A stretch of 64,000 nucleotides of DNA from Methylococcaceae bacterium. GTDB taxonomy: Bacteria > Pseudomonadota > Gammaproteobacteria > Methylococcales > Methylomonadaceae. The stretch covers positions 987-64,986 of the forward strand of contig CANNKG010000003.1 of assembly GCA_947505105.1 (NCBI GenBank), given 5' to 3'. Position 1 is the stretch's first letter; each line of letters starts with the position of its first letter. This document shows positions 1-9,096 of this stretch, in pieces. The notes beneath the pieces are model-generated. The model saw only the letters and a program-made list of their open reading frames with translations, searched no databases and was not told where the DNA came from. The translations under genes and the position numbers were made by a program.

Positions 1-3000
1 CCCCAACCGTCACCGATGATGGCTTACCCAATCCACCCGCTGCCTTAAGCTACGCTTGGTCAAAAATTTCCGGTACTCCGGTTAGCTTCACATCACCTAA
101 TAGCAAAGAAACCACGGTCGAATTTGCTGGAAGGTCGGGCATCTACGTGTTGCGTCTAACCGTCAGTGATACAAACTTAAGTAGCAGCCATGATATTACT
201 ATCAGAGTCAATCCTGGCGTCATGCCTGGGGTTGTAACAGGCAACCTTGCACCGGTGATCTCAGGCCTTCCCGCAACGCTCGCGCTGACTCTGCCAAGCA
301 ATTCGCAGAGCTTTACCCCAACCGTCAGCGATGATGGCCTACCTACAGGCGCAATCCTGACTTATCACTGGTCGCAAGTCGAAGGCGCACGTCCGGTGTT
401 CTTCGGTCAAGATGTAAATTCCCCACCGAGCCTTCTAACCACGCAGCTTGCCAACACCGCGCGCACGATCAATACCCGCACCACGGCGGCATTTTTTGAT
501 TTTGATGTACCCGGCACCTACGTGCTGCGCTTCACGGCGAGTGATGGTGTCCTGTTAAGCACACGCGATATCAGAGTAGTGATCGCTGCGACAGCTAATA
601 CAGCACCAGTGATCGGGCCGTTTACCAACCAGATCATGAGACTCGGTTCCACACTTACCATGCCATTAGCGGCCAATGACCCCAATCCGCGCGATTCCCT
701 GAGCTATAGCTTGCCTGTTGCACCCACAGGAGCCGCACTCACTCCGACCGGATCGACTCGACTAGCCTTTACGCCCACGGACGCTCAGCTTGGCGAACAC
801 AACGTGAAAGTACGTGTTTCGGATTCGACTAATCCGCCCGTGGAAGCGGATTTTAAAATCACCGTACTCAACGCCAATCGACCGCCGCATTTTACCGATC
901 CGAGCAAAGTTGACGCAATATCGACCTCAGGTGCGATATTTACCAGACAATTGAGCGCAGTTGATCCTGATAGCGGCGACACCTTGACTTACGCGCTGGT
1001 AGACGGACCATCAGGTTTAACGGTTGCCTCTGGCGGCGCACTCTCTTGGCAGCCCTCGGCTAGCCAATACGGCGAGCATTATGTAAAAGTTAAGGTGCTT
1101 GATAATTCAGGCAGTATCGATGTGGGATTATTCAAACTGACGATTAGACCGAACAATCGCCCGGAAGCTTTCGATGACAATTATAGCGTCAAAGTCGGTG
1201 AAACGCTGACCATCAATGCGGCTACCGGCTTACTAAACAACGATCTCGATGCGGATAGCGAGCAGCTTAGCGCCATCAAACTCAGCGACCCAGACAAAGG
1301 TTCGCTCAGTGCATTTGGCGTCGATGGCGCATTTAACTACAGCGCACCTAGCGCACTGCCGCTCAACAACGCACTGAATCCGGTGGTGAAATGGCGCTGG
1401 GGACTTGGCAGCAATGGAGCCTTCGTGCTGGCAGCCGACTTCGATGACAACAATGTAGTTGACTACGTATCGAATGATTTCGGCAATCTGCGCGCTTGGC
1501 AAGGTAGCGATGGCGCGCAATTGTGGCAATTTGACAAATCGATCACCACGAACGCCAACGTAGCCGGTTGCCAGATTCAGTCTGACCGAAACCAGTATAC
1601 GTTAGGTAATGTCACCGGCAGCGGCGACATCTACCTGTTCGGCTCGGTCAATTGCGATCAAGGTGGCTATAGCGGCTACCCGGATCGCTATTTCGCCGTC
1701 AACGCATCGCAAATACTGACTGGGGGCAAAGTGGCAACGCAGTGGAAGAGTGAGCGACTGTCGCGAGCCCACCCCGGCGCCTATGCCACCGCCACTTCAT
1801 CAGCGCCAGCCGACCCGCCCGTTACGCCATTCTTCGGGGCGTCCGCGGACGGCTCGGTGCCAACGCTGGCGAAGCTCACAGCGGGTGGATCGACCAAGTT
1901 GGTGACACGTTTTCTGGCAACCGATGTCTATGGCCCCTATTACGACACGCCCAATTCCAACAACCTGGGTCGTGCCGCCTGTCGCACCTTGACGGGCTTG
2001 GTCGAGGACGAGGGCCGCGCTTGCAAGGCAACCTATATAATCGACGCCGCCACCGGCGCCATCGACCTGGTGCTCACGGCGCCGAATACCGCCAATCAGG
2101 CGCAAACGTTGAACGACACACCAACCCGGCAAAATATTCCTATCGTAGCTGACCTTGATGGCGACGGCCAGATCGAAATCATCTCCGGCGGGGATGTCTG
2201 GAAGCTGGTGAACGGAACATGGACATTATCCTGGCAAGCGCAATTCGCTTCCGTGACGCCTGGCCTGAAACACGGGTTTGAGCCTGCATCGGTCGCAGTG
2301 GCCGATCTTGACGGCGACGGCAAGGCCGAGGTCATCATCCACATAATTGGATACGACAACGGCCCACAAAAAAATGCCGGGGGCATCCATATTTTCAATC
2401 ACGACGGCAGCCTGCGCCGCACCATTCCTATCCCCTTTACCTGGATCAACGGCCTGCTCAGCGTGGCCGATGCCGACGGCGATGGTGCTCCGGAGATCCT
2501 GATGGCCGGTGACAATTTCGTGTATGCCTATCGTCAGGATGGAACCTTGCTCTGGGCCAAGCTGCCGCCCGACATCATCAGCGATGTCGAACCCGCCATC
2601 GCGCCCATCAGCGGCGTGCCGCACACCACGGATTCGCCGCTCTACGTCTATGACCTCAATCTGGATGGCGTGCCCGAGGTCATCCTTCAGAGCACCCGCC
2701 GCCTGTTTATTCTCAACGGACGCACCGGTGCTGAACTTTGGAGTATCGATACCGAAAGCTCGGCCTATTACCAGCATGGCAATCCACTTCTGGTCGATGC
2801 CGACGACGACGGCCACATCGACATCCTCGTACATGTTCATGATCGCTGGAACTGCAACTATGGCCCTGGAACGGGACCCGTTGCTTGCAAGGGTTCAGCG
2901 ATGCGGATCAGCGGAGCAGACCACAATTGGGCACCGGGGCCGAAAGTACAGAACCAACTCAATTTCCGTCCATCGGCTATCAACGATGCCGCGAAAATTT

Positions 3001-5450
3001 TGTACGACGGCTCGGTAAGCCGCGACTTCCGCCAACAAATTCAGCAGGGCACGGTAATCGATCCGCGCGTTGCGCAGAGCACGTCATTCGCGTACAAGGC
3101 GAACGATGGCGCAGCGGATTCTTTACCCGCAACGGTTGCCATTGACATCAAGCCACCAAACCAGCCGCCGGTGATCACCTCGATTCCGCCCAGCGCGTTT
3201 CTCAGAGCCAGCCCAGACGGTGTCAAGACGATCTACACTATTACCGCCGTGGACCCGGACTTAGGCGATACGGTGCATTACGAGCTGGTGTCCAGCAGTT
3301 TTGACGCGACCTCCTATCCGGCCCCAACGGTTGAGGCGATCACCGGTAACCTTGGTCTTTACAGTTGCAGGGCATGCGGCACTCAGCGCATTGTGATGAC
3401 CGTCGCCGCAGTCGACACCCAAGGAGCGCGCACTGAGCAGTCGTTCATCATCGACCTATCCCCTACTGCGGTCACCGTGCCGAACGTGATCGGTCAATTT
3501 TACGATGCCGCACGTCCTCAACTCGAAGCTGCATTACTGATTCCGCGCGTGATTGCGGAAGTTTACAACCCTGCGCCTATCGGTACGGTGCTGGCCCAGG
3601 AACCTTTTGCCAACACGGCTGATACCCCACGCAACGCCACAGTTAAACTCACGCTTTCCAAAGGACTCGCGCCAGTAACTGCGCCTGGAGTCATTGGTCT
3701 ACCACTCACACTGGCGCAGTCGCGCTTTACTAATGCCGGATTTACGGTAACAGCCGTGTCTCAATTCGATAACGCGCCAACCGGTACCGTCATCGCCCAG
3801 TCACCTGTAGCGGGACTTTCAGCACCACCCGGCAACGCTACGCTCAACGTGTCAGCAGGCAATGGTCTGGCGCTTACGCTATCGAGTTCAGCGATAACCG
3901 CCGATCAAACCATCACCTTGCAGCCACAGGCATTCGATCTCAACGGCAATGCGATCGCTTTGCCTGCCTTGACTTATAGCGTGGCCCCCGCAAGAACGCC
4001 ATTCCTTGGTTCATTGCCTAGCGTTTCGGGAACTACGCTCTCAGCCGCGCTTGACACTCTCGGTGCGTTTACGGTAACCGCCACCGATAACGTGAATGCA
4101 CGTAGCGCCAGCGCAACGTTCACGGTGATGTTGCCGCAACCGTTTGGAAAATCGACTAACGGTGCGCAGTTCGCAGCGTTGATGAGCACACTGCAAGCCT
4201 TTGATGACTTCGGCCCCGCGTTAAGAGCCGCGCGTGCGGCCAATGATGAACCGCTGATGCGTTCAATTCTCGCCCAAATGGTCAATACTTGGCGGGCGCT
4301 CGATATTGCGACATTGCGTTTGGCAACACCAATCGCCCTGCCGCAGGGGTTTGCCCCAACGCTTGAACATCTGCAAACTTTAAATCCGTTGTTACAACCT
4401 ACGGCAGATGACCTGATGACACAACTGGTGTTACGCGATTCAATTGATGATCTACAGGCGGTCACTGCGGCATTTCGCGCTCGTGCCGAGCTATCGGTGT
4501 TGCGTAGTTTGATGGATCAGTTTCTTGATCGCATTCGGCGCATTGACGGATTGACGATGAGCGAATACGGACTCGTAATGAATGCACCTGAAATGATCGT
4601 CCTGACCTCGCGGGTGATTCCGGATTTTTATGAAGCGCTAACTGATCAACTGGCGATATTGGCAAATTTGCCGCATCAGCGTCGGATGACAGGAATTAAG
4701 TCTCCAAAATCAACGCTTGCCGAAGTCATGACCACTCTCGCGGTTGATTTTATGGTCGATAAAATTATCGAACAGGCAGAGAAAACTTACAAGAACAGCA
4801 AGAAATATGCAGGGGATATCTTATGGCAAACCGGCTGGGCGACGGCCATGTCGGTTGCACGAGGCACTGCCTTGCCTTATCTACAGGGCATGGAAATCAC
4901 GGGAGTGGTTTCAGGCGCGTCAATGTCGTTTCATGTGTTCAGCGCGCCACATGCTTTCATTGAAGTGCCGATGCGAATTGCCCACCCCTTGCTCGCCAAC
5001 GTTACTATCCTCGGACCTGATCTGGTGACCGGGTCAGTTGGCCTGCTCAATAATATTTGGGACAGTCTCAAGAAAGGCGCCAGCTATGGCAAAGACGCAG
5101 CCACCAACCTTGACAAATTCAAGAATGTTGATGAGCTGTTTGACTTAAAAGCCAAGCTTGAGAGCGGCGTGAAACAGGTCGTCACCTTACATGGCGAGTA
5201 TAAAATAATTGCTGATTCCTTGCATCAATCACCAACCGGTGTCGACCATGGTAGTTGCATATTTGTTGCCAATCCGGTGTGCACCGAGCTACTGTTTGAT
5301 GATGGTATTGGCTCAGTCTACACCTATACGCCACCCGACGGGCTCACCTCGCTGTCAGGCATTCCGTTACCGATTCTGATAATCGTCGAGGACAAGCGGA
5401 CGGGAGCCATGTTCTTCGATACACCGCTATTTATGCCGCAAACAAAGTAA
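1..5450 (+). CDS. Giant secreted/surface multi-domain protein with its 5' end outside the window: PKD/cadherin-like Ig repeats, FG-GAP/VCBS-type beta-propeller, two PASTA-like modules, Big_2-like domain, ~440-aa C-terminal region of unknown function
   Basis: The frame starting at nt 3 is open to the window edge. Residues encoded upstream of the GTG at 147 (PTVTDDGLPNPPAALSYAWSKISG) repeat the motif seen downstream (TPTVSDDGLPTGAILTYHWSQVEG), so the true start lies left of the window. Motifs: DPDSGDTLTYAL and DPDLGDTVHYEL (cadherin-like); DLDGDGQIEII, DLDGDGKAEVII, DADGDGAPEIL, DADDDGHIDIL (FG-GAP-type loops); VTVPNVIG...TLSKG (PASTA-like). Confidence 0.9.
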   Translation, partial: PTVTDDGLPNPPAALSYAWSKISGTPVSFTSPNSKETTVEFAGRSGIYVLRLTVSDTNLSSSHDITIRVNPGVMPGVVTGNLAPVISGLPATLALTLPSNSQSFTPTVSDDGLPTGAILTYHWSQVEGARPVFFGQDVNSPPSLLTTQLANTARTINTRTTAAFFDFDVPGTYVLRFTASDGVLLSTRDIRVVIAATANTAPVIGPFTNQIMRLGSTLTMPLAANDPNPRDSLSYSLPVAPTGAALTPTGSTRLAFTPTDAQLGEHNVKVRVSDSTNPPVEADFKITVLNANRPPHFTDPSKVDAISTSGAIFTRQLSAVDPDSGDTLTYALVDGPSGLTVASGGALSWQPSASQYGEHYVKVKVLDNSGSIDVGLFKLTIRPNNRPEAFDDNYSVKVGETLTINAATGLLNNDLDADSEQLSAIKLSDPDKGSLSAFGVDGAFNYSAPSALPLNNALNPVVKWRWGLGSNGAFVLAADFDDNNVVDYVSNDFGNLRAWQGSDGAQLWQFDKSITTNANVAGCQIQSDRNQYTLGNVTGSGDIYLFGSVNCDQGGYSGYPDRYFAVNASQILTGGKVATQWKSERLSRAHPGAYATATSSAPADPPVTPFFGASADGSVPTLAKLTAGGSTKLVTRFLATDVYGPYYDTPNSNNLGRAACRTLTGLVEDEGRACKATYIIDAATGAIDLVLTAPNTANQAQTLNDTPTRQNIPIVADLDGDGQIEIISGGDVWKLVNGTWTLSWQAQFASVTPGLKHGFEPASVAVADLDGDGKAEVIIHIIGYDNGPQKNAGGIHIFNHDGSLRRTIPIPFTWINGLLSVADADGDGAPEILMAGDNFVYAYRQDGTLLWAKLPPDIISDVEPAIAPISGVPHTTDSPLYVYDLNLDGVPEVILQSTRRLFILNGRTGAELWSIDTESSAYYQHGNPLLVDADDDGHIDILVHVHDRWNCNYGPGTGPVACKGSAMRISGADHNWAPGPKVQNQLNFRPSAINDAAKILYDGSVSRDFRQQIQQGTVIDPRVAQSTSFAYKANDGAADSLPATVAIDIKPPNQPPVITSIPPSAFLRASPDGVKTIYTITAVDPDLGDTVHYELVSSSFDATSYPAPTVEAITGNLGLYSCRACGTQRIVMTVAAVDTQGARTEQSFIIDLSPTAVTVPNVIGQFYDAARPQLEAALLIPRVIAEVYNPAPIGTVLAQEPFANTADTPRNATVKLTLSKGLAPVTAPGVIGLPLTLAQSRFTNAGFTVTAVSQFDNAPTGTVIAQSPVAGLSAPPGNATLNVSAGNGLALTLSSSAITADQTITLQPQAFDLNGNAIALPALTYSVAPARTPFLGSLPSVSGTTLSAALDTLGAFTVTATDNVNARSASATFTVMLPQPFGKSTNGAQFAALMSTLQAFDDFGPALRAARAANDEPLMRSILAQMVNTWRALDIATLRLATPIALPQGFAPTLEHLQTLNPLLQPTADDLMTQLVLRDSIDDLQAVTAAFRARAELSVLRSLMDQFLDRIRRIDGLTMSEYGLVMNAPEMIVLTSRVIPDFYEALTDQLAILANLPHQRRMTGIKSPKSTLAEVMTTLAVDFMVDKIIEQAEKTYKNSKKYAGDILWQTGWATAMSVARGTALPYLQGMEITGVVSGASMSFHVFSAPHAFIEVPMRIAHPLLANVTILGPDLVTGSVGLLNNIWDSLKKGASYGKDAATNLDKFKNVDELFDLKAKLESGVKQVVTLHGEYKIIADSLHQSPTGVDHGSCIFVANPVCTELLFDDGIGSVYTYTPPDGLTSLSGIPLPILIIVEDKRTGAMFFDTPLFMPQTK

Positions 5451-5525
5451 GTAAAGAACTACGCAGAAAATACAACACCAAAGACTAAGCATCATCCTAA
5501 AAAGAGCAGTTGAGAACTTAAAATT

Positions 5526-5637
5526 CCGTTCGCCCTGAGTTTATCGAAGGGTTGAACGGGATTGTAAGGTCTCACCACCTGGGTGAAAGCATAGAAAACC
5601 GTCCATGCTTCGACTGGGCTCAGCATGAACGGTTTTC
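5526..5637. repeat. REP/MITE-like element made of two hairpin units, each bounded by CCGTYC...GAACGG
   Basis: Unit 1 is CCGTTCGCCCT...AGGGTTGAACGG (5526-5559). Unit 2 is GAAAACCGTCCATGC (5594-5608) pairing with GCATGAACGGTTTTC (5623-5637) with one mismatch. It lies in a non-coding gap, and the only overlapping ORF (5552-5737) reads straight through the hairpins. Confidence 0.5.
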
Positions 5638-5783
5638 TATGCGTTTAACGGCGCGTTTTAGGATCATAGGCAACAATTCTCAACTTGAAGCCCATATAAG
5701 TTGCCACGAAGGCGTAAAGCGCTTCTATGATTATTGAATTGGCATTGAAATTAACGAACCAGGTTAAAGGAAGGCTAAAACAC

Positions 5784-5807
5784 AAAATGCGCCCTTAGGC
5801 GCATTTT
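5784..5807 (-). terminator. Rho-independent, potentially bidirectional terminator downstream of the porin gene
   Basis: AAAATGCGCC-CTTA-GGCGCATTTT is a perfect 10-bp stem flanked by an A-run and a T-run. It sits 46 nt after the porin stop. Confidence 0.8.
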
Positions 5808-5852
5808 GACTTTGTTATATCCAGGGCTATAACTACCCCTGCATAACTAAAC

Positions 5853-7226
5853 TTAGAACGTAATGGTCATATCAGTCGAAAATAAGAACTGACTGTCTTT
5901 ATTGCCGTTACCGAAAGGTCTGTACCCTTGATCGGTTCCGGCCACATGACCATCAACCCAGTCGTAGCGGACATTTGGACGAACATTTAACCATTTCAAC
6001 GGCTTCCAGTTTACACCAGCAGTAACCGCATAATAACTAGCCGGTTGACAGGTGGATAAAGAACTAGAGGCATAACTAACTGGAACCCCGCCATCATCAT
6101 TGGTCGCAGCTGCGACCCGACCCGGCGAGCACACTCTAAATCCATCATCATCCCGGAACCATTCACCGCGTAATCCGATCGTGACCTTGTCATGCAGATC
6201 GTAATAGAGATGGGTATTGATACCAAACCATTGCGCATCCTGAATCCCTTTTGGTGTGACCACACCTTCAGCGAAACCATGATCATGTTGCACCATCGCA
6301 TGAATTTTATCGGTAATATTGTGTTTTAACACAATGCTGTACATTCCCCAACCATTACTGCTGTCCTCAGAAGTACCACCATAAGTACCGCTGATATTTG
6401 CAGATGAAGCTTTGTTGGTACTGGTCCAGGTACCGCCCATTAAACCGGCCCAATTACCAAGATGTTTATCCCAGCCGCCATCCCAGCCGCCAGTCGCACT
6501 ACCAGTCACCACACCGCCCATCACCGCCCAGTTACCATCGATCGCATAGTTACCCATAATCCCGGTATGCGTGAATGGCTCGCCATATTGCATGGTATAG
6601 GCATGGGTATAGAAAAAGTTATCCGGCGCCGGAACGGTTTCAAACCCAATCGGCGTGTAAAAATGCCCGAGTTTAATATTTAAACCGTTGCCAATCGGAA
6701 CGTAGGCTTCAGCATATAATTGCGGCAATGCTAGATCATAGAAACGGCTATCACCATTGAGCAAGTTGAGATCCCAGTTGCTGCGAGGAATTGCTTGCCC
6801 AGTATTAACATCATACGCTGGCACGCCATAAGCTTGCGTAAAAACAGCATCAGAGCCAAACATCACATCAAAACGCCCGCCGAAATCGAAACTTTTTCCT
6901 TCGGTAGCAACCGCACGTTGGATAAAGAAATTGATTTGATTTAATTGCAACTCACCGGAGCGATCGCCAAAAGTGACCGGTCCATTGAAATTATTATCCG
7001 GATTTCTTGCGTTATAAGTAACCCCTGCATTAAGCCAGGCACCGACTTTTAGACCCAAATCTTTCATCAGTTTACTTTCATTCGGATCGCCGGTAGCTTC
7101 CAGAAGCGTACTTGCTTCAGTGACACTTTTCGCATGAGCGGAACTTAATCCTAATACTAAAGCCAACCCTACGACTAATGGCTTTAACAGTAAGCCACTT
7201 TGGTTAGGATGAATGTTCATATACAA
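5853..7226 (-). CDS. Outer-membrane beta-barrel porin (OmpL/bbp2-like)
   Basis: It has an N-terminal signal peptide (LVVGLALVLGLSSAHA), a Gly/Tyr/Trp-rich alternating pattern and a C-terminal ...DMTITF ending in Phe, as is typical of OMPs. Confidence 0.8.
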   Translation of the reverse strand: MYMNIHPNQSGLLLKPLVVGLALVLGLSSAHAKSVTEASTLLEATGDPNESKLMKDLGLKVGAWLNAGVTYNARNPDNNFNGPVTFGDRSGELQLNQINFFIQRAVATEGKSFDFGGRFDVMFGSDAVFTQAYGVPAYDVNTGQAIPRSNWDLNLLNGDSRFYDLALPQLYAEAYVPIGNGLNIKLGHFYTPIGFETVPAPDNFFYTHAYTMQYGEPFTHTGIMGNYAIDGNWAVMGGVVTGSATGGWDGGWDKHLGNWAGLMGGTWTSTNKASSANISGTYGGTSEDSSNGWGMYSIVLKHNITDKIHAMVQHDHGFAEGVVTPKGIQDAQWFGINTHLYYDLHDKVTIGLRGEWFRDDDGFRVCSPGRVAAATNDDGGVPVSYASSSLSTCQPASYYAVTAGVNWKPLKWLNVRPNVRYDWVDGHVAGTDQGYRPFGNGNKDSQFLFSTDMTITF

Positions 7227-7455
7227 CTCCTCGTCAGTTAATCAAGTTAAATCATTCTCGATTTAATTCTGCAATTAACATGCCAAATATAAAAAACCAC
7301 AAGATGTTGATTATAAGCGACAATCACAAACCATTTCGCCCAATCTTTGAACACTTTGCAGACATAGCGAATTAAGTTGGTGCATTACGCACTAGAATGG
7401 ACTTGAATAAGCAAATTAGCCGATAGCAGTTGATGCAATTACATTAAGCACCTAA

Positions 7456-9096
7456 TTAGTTCAATAATCTGGGCACCGCTGAGAGCAGTTTTTGGGTATA
7501 AGGGTGCTGAGGATAGTTGCAAATCTGCGCGGTTACCCCCTGCTCGACGATCTTGCCTTGATACATCACCACCGTATGATCGCTTAAATATTCGACCACG
7601 CCGATATTATGAGTAATGAACAACAAGGTCAGATTTCGCTGCTGGCGGATGCTGAGTAATAATTGTAATATCTCAGCCTGCACCGACACATCCAAAGCGC
7701 TGGTGATTTCATCGCAGACGATAAATTCTGGATTCAACGCTAAAGCACGCGCCAAACCGATGCGTTGACGTTGCCCACCTGAAAACTCATGCGGATAGCG
7801 CCAGAGAAAGTCACGGTTCAGCTGCACACTTTCGAGCAACTGACTCGCCAACTCGATACGCTGCTCCTTGTTGGCACCGATACCGTGAACTTTCATCGGC
7901 TCGGTCAGAGCGGTTTCTACCAACAATCTCGGATTTAAAGACGATTGCGGATCTTGAAAGGCAATCTGCATTTTCTGTCGCATCGGGCGCAATTGCCGGG
8001 CAGATAGACCTGATAACTCCTGGCCGTTGATTTGAATACTGCCGGCGGTCGGTTTTTCGAGTTGCAATACCGCCCGGCCTAGCGTCGTTTTGCCGCAACC
8101 GGATTCGCCGACTAGCGCCAGAATTTGCCCTTGTGGAATAGTGAGCGAAACATCATCGACCGCACGCACGTAATCGACGGTACGGCGAAATACGCCCTTT
8201 TTGATGGGAAACCAGACTTTCAGGTCGCGAATCTGCAGCAGTGGCGTGGACTCAATGGCTACTACTCTTTGCGAAGAAGTTTCAACAATAACTGGCTTCA
8301 CCAAATTTTCCGGCAACGCCGCGAGCAATTGTTGGGTATAGGTATGTTTCGGTTGACGCAACACTTCGGCACATGCACCAACTTCGACCAATTTACCTTG
8401 CTGCATAACCCCGACCCAATGCGCCATTTGCGCAACAACACCGAAATCATGGGTAATAAACAACATACTCATGCCGGTATCATCTTGTAATTTACGCATT
8501 AAACGTAAGATTTCGGCCTGCACAGTCACATCTAAAGCAGTCGTCGGTTCGTCGGCGATCAACAGTTGTGGTTCACACGCCAAAGCCATCGCGATCATTA
8601 CTCGCTGACGCTGACCACCTGACAACTGATGCGGATAATCTCGGAAGCGCCCGGAAGCCTGCGGGATCTGGACCTGTTCCAAGGCCAGCATGGTTCGTTG
8701 CTCGGCTTCTTCATCGCTCATAGTCGGATGATGAATTTGCAAAGCCTCGGTGATTTGCTCACCAATGGTCAACACCGGATTCAGTGAGGTCATCGGTTCC
8801 TGAAAAATCATCGCAATTTTGGAGCCACGCACCGCGCGAATACCAGGATCATTCAAGATCAATAAATCCTGACCGTTAAACAAAATTTGTCCGCCCGGAT
8901 GCGAAGCAATCCCTTCCGGCAGCAACCGAATCACCGACAACGCGCTCACCGATTTACCACTGCCCGATTCGCCGACCAGACAGAGCGTTTCACCTTTGGG
9001 AATGCTAAAACTAATATCGTCAACAGCCTTGACCTCACGCTGACCCGAACGCAGATAGGTGCGTAAATTGCGAACTTCGAGTAAGGTTTGACTCAT
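7456..9096 (-). CDS. yejF: Fused double ATPase of a peptide/microcin-type ABC importer (YejF-like)
   Basis: There are two ABC cassettes: GESGSGKS...LSGGQRQR...DEPTTALD and GESGCGKT...FSGGQRQR...DEITSALD. The 5' end overlaps the upstream permease gene's stop by 4 bp. Confidence 0.85.
   Translation of the reverse strand: MSQTLLEVRNLRTYLRSGQREVKAVDDISFSIPKGETLCLVGESGSGKSVSALSVIRLLPEGIASHPGGQILFNGQDLLILNDPGIRAVRGSKIAMIFQEPMTSLNPVLTIGEQITEALQIHHPTMSDEEAEQRTMLALEQVQIPQASGRFRDYPHQLSGGQRQRVMIAMALACEPQLLIADEPTTALDVTVQAEILRLMRKLQDDTGMSMLFITHDFGVVAQMAHWVGVMQQGKLVEVGACAEVLRQPKHTYTQQLLAALPENLVKPVIVETSSQRVVAIESTPLLQIRDLKVWFPIKKGVFRRTVDYVRAVDDVSLTIPQGQILALVGESGCGKTTLGRAVLQLEKPTAGSIQINGQELSGLSARQLRPMRQKMQIAFQDPQSSLNPRLLVETALTEPMKVHGIGANKEQRIELASQLLESVQLNRDFLWRYPHEFSGGQRQRIGLARALALNPEFIVCDEITSALDVSVQAEILQLLLSIRQQRNLTLLFITHNIGVVEYLSDHTVVMYQGKIVEQGVTAQICNYPQHPYTQKLLSAVPRLLN

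Noticed and set aside
785-4665. Many 60-200-aa ORFs on both strands inside the giant gene (e.g. 1800-2132, 2226-2840, 2509-3018, 3974-4465)
   Set aside because: They are shadow ORFs typical of GC-rich coding DNA. They lie wholly within a long ORF that has clear domain motifs, their translations are Arg/Ala/Gly-rich, and I recognise no motifs in them.
5552-5737. 61-aa ORF downstream of the giant gene
   Set aside because: It reads through the REP-like hairpins, has no RBS, and shows the pseudo-peptide pattern typical of translated repeat elements.
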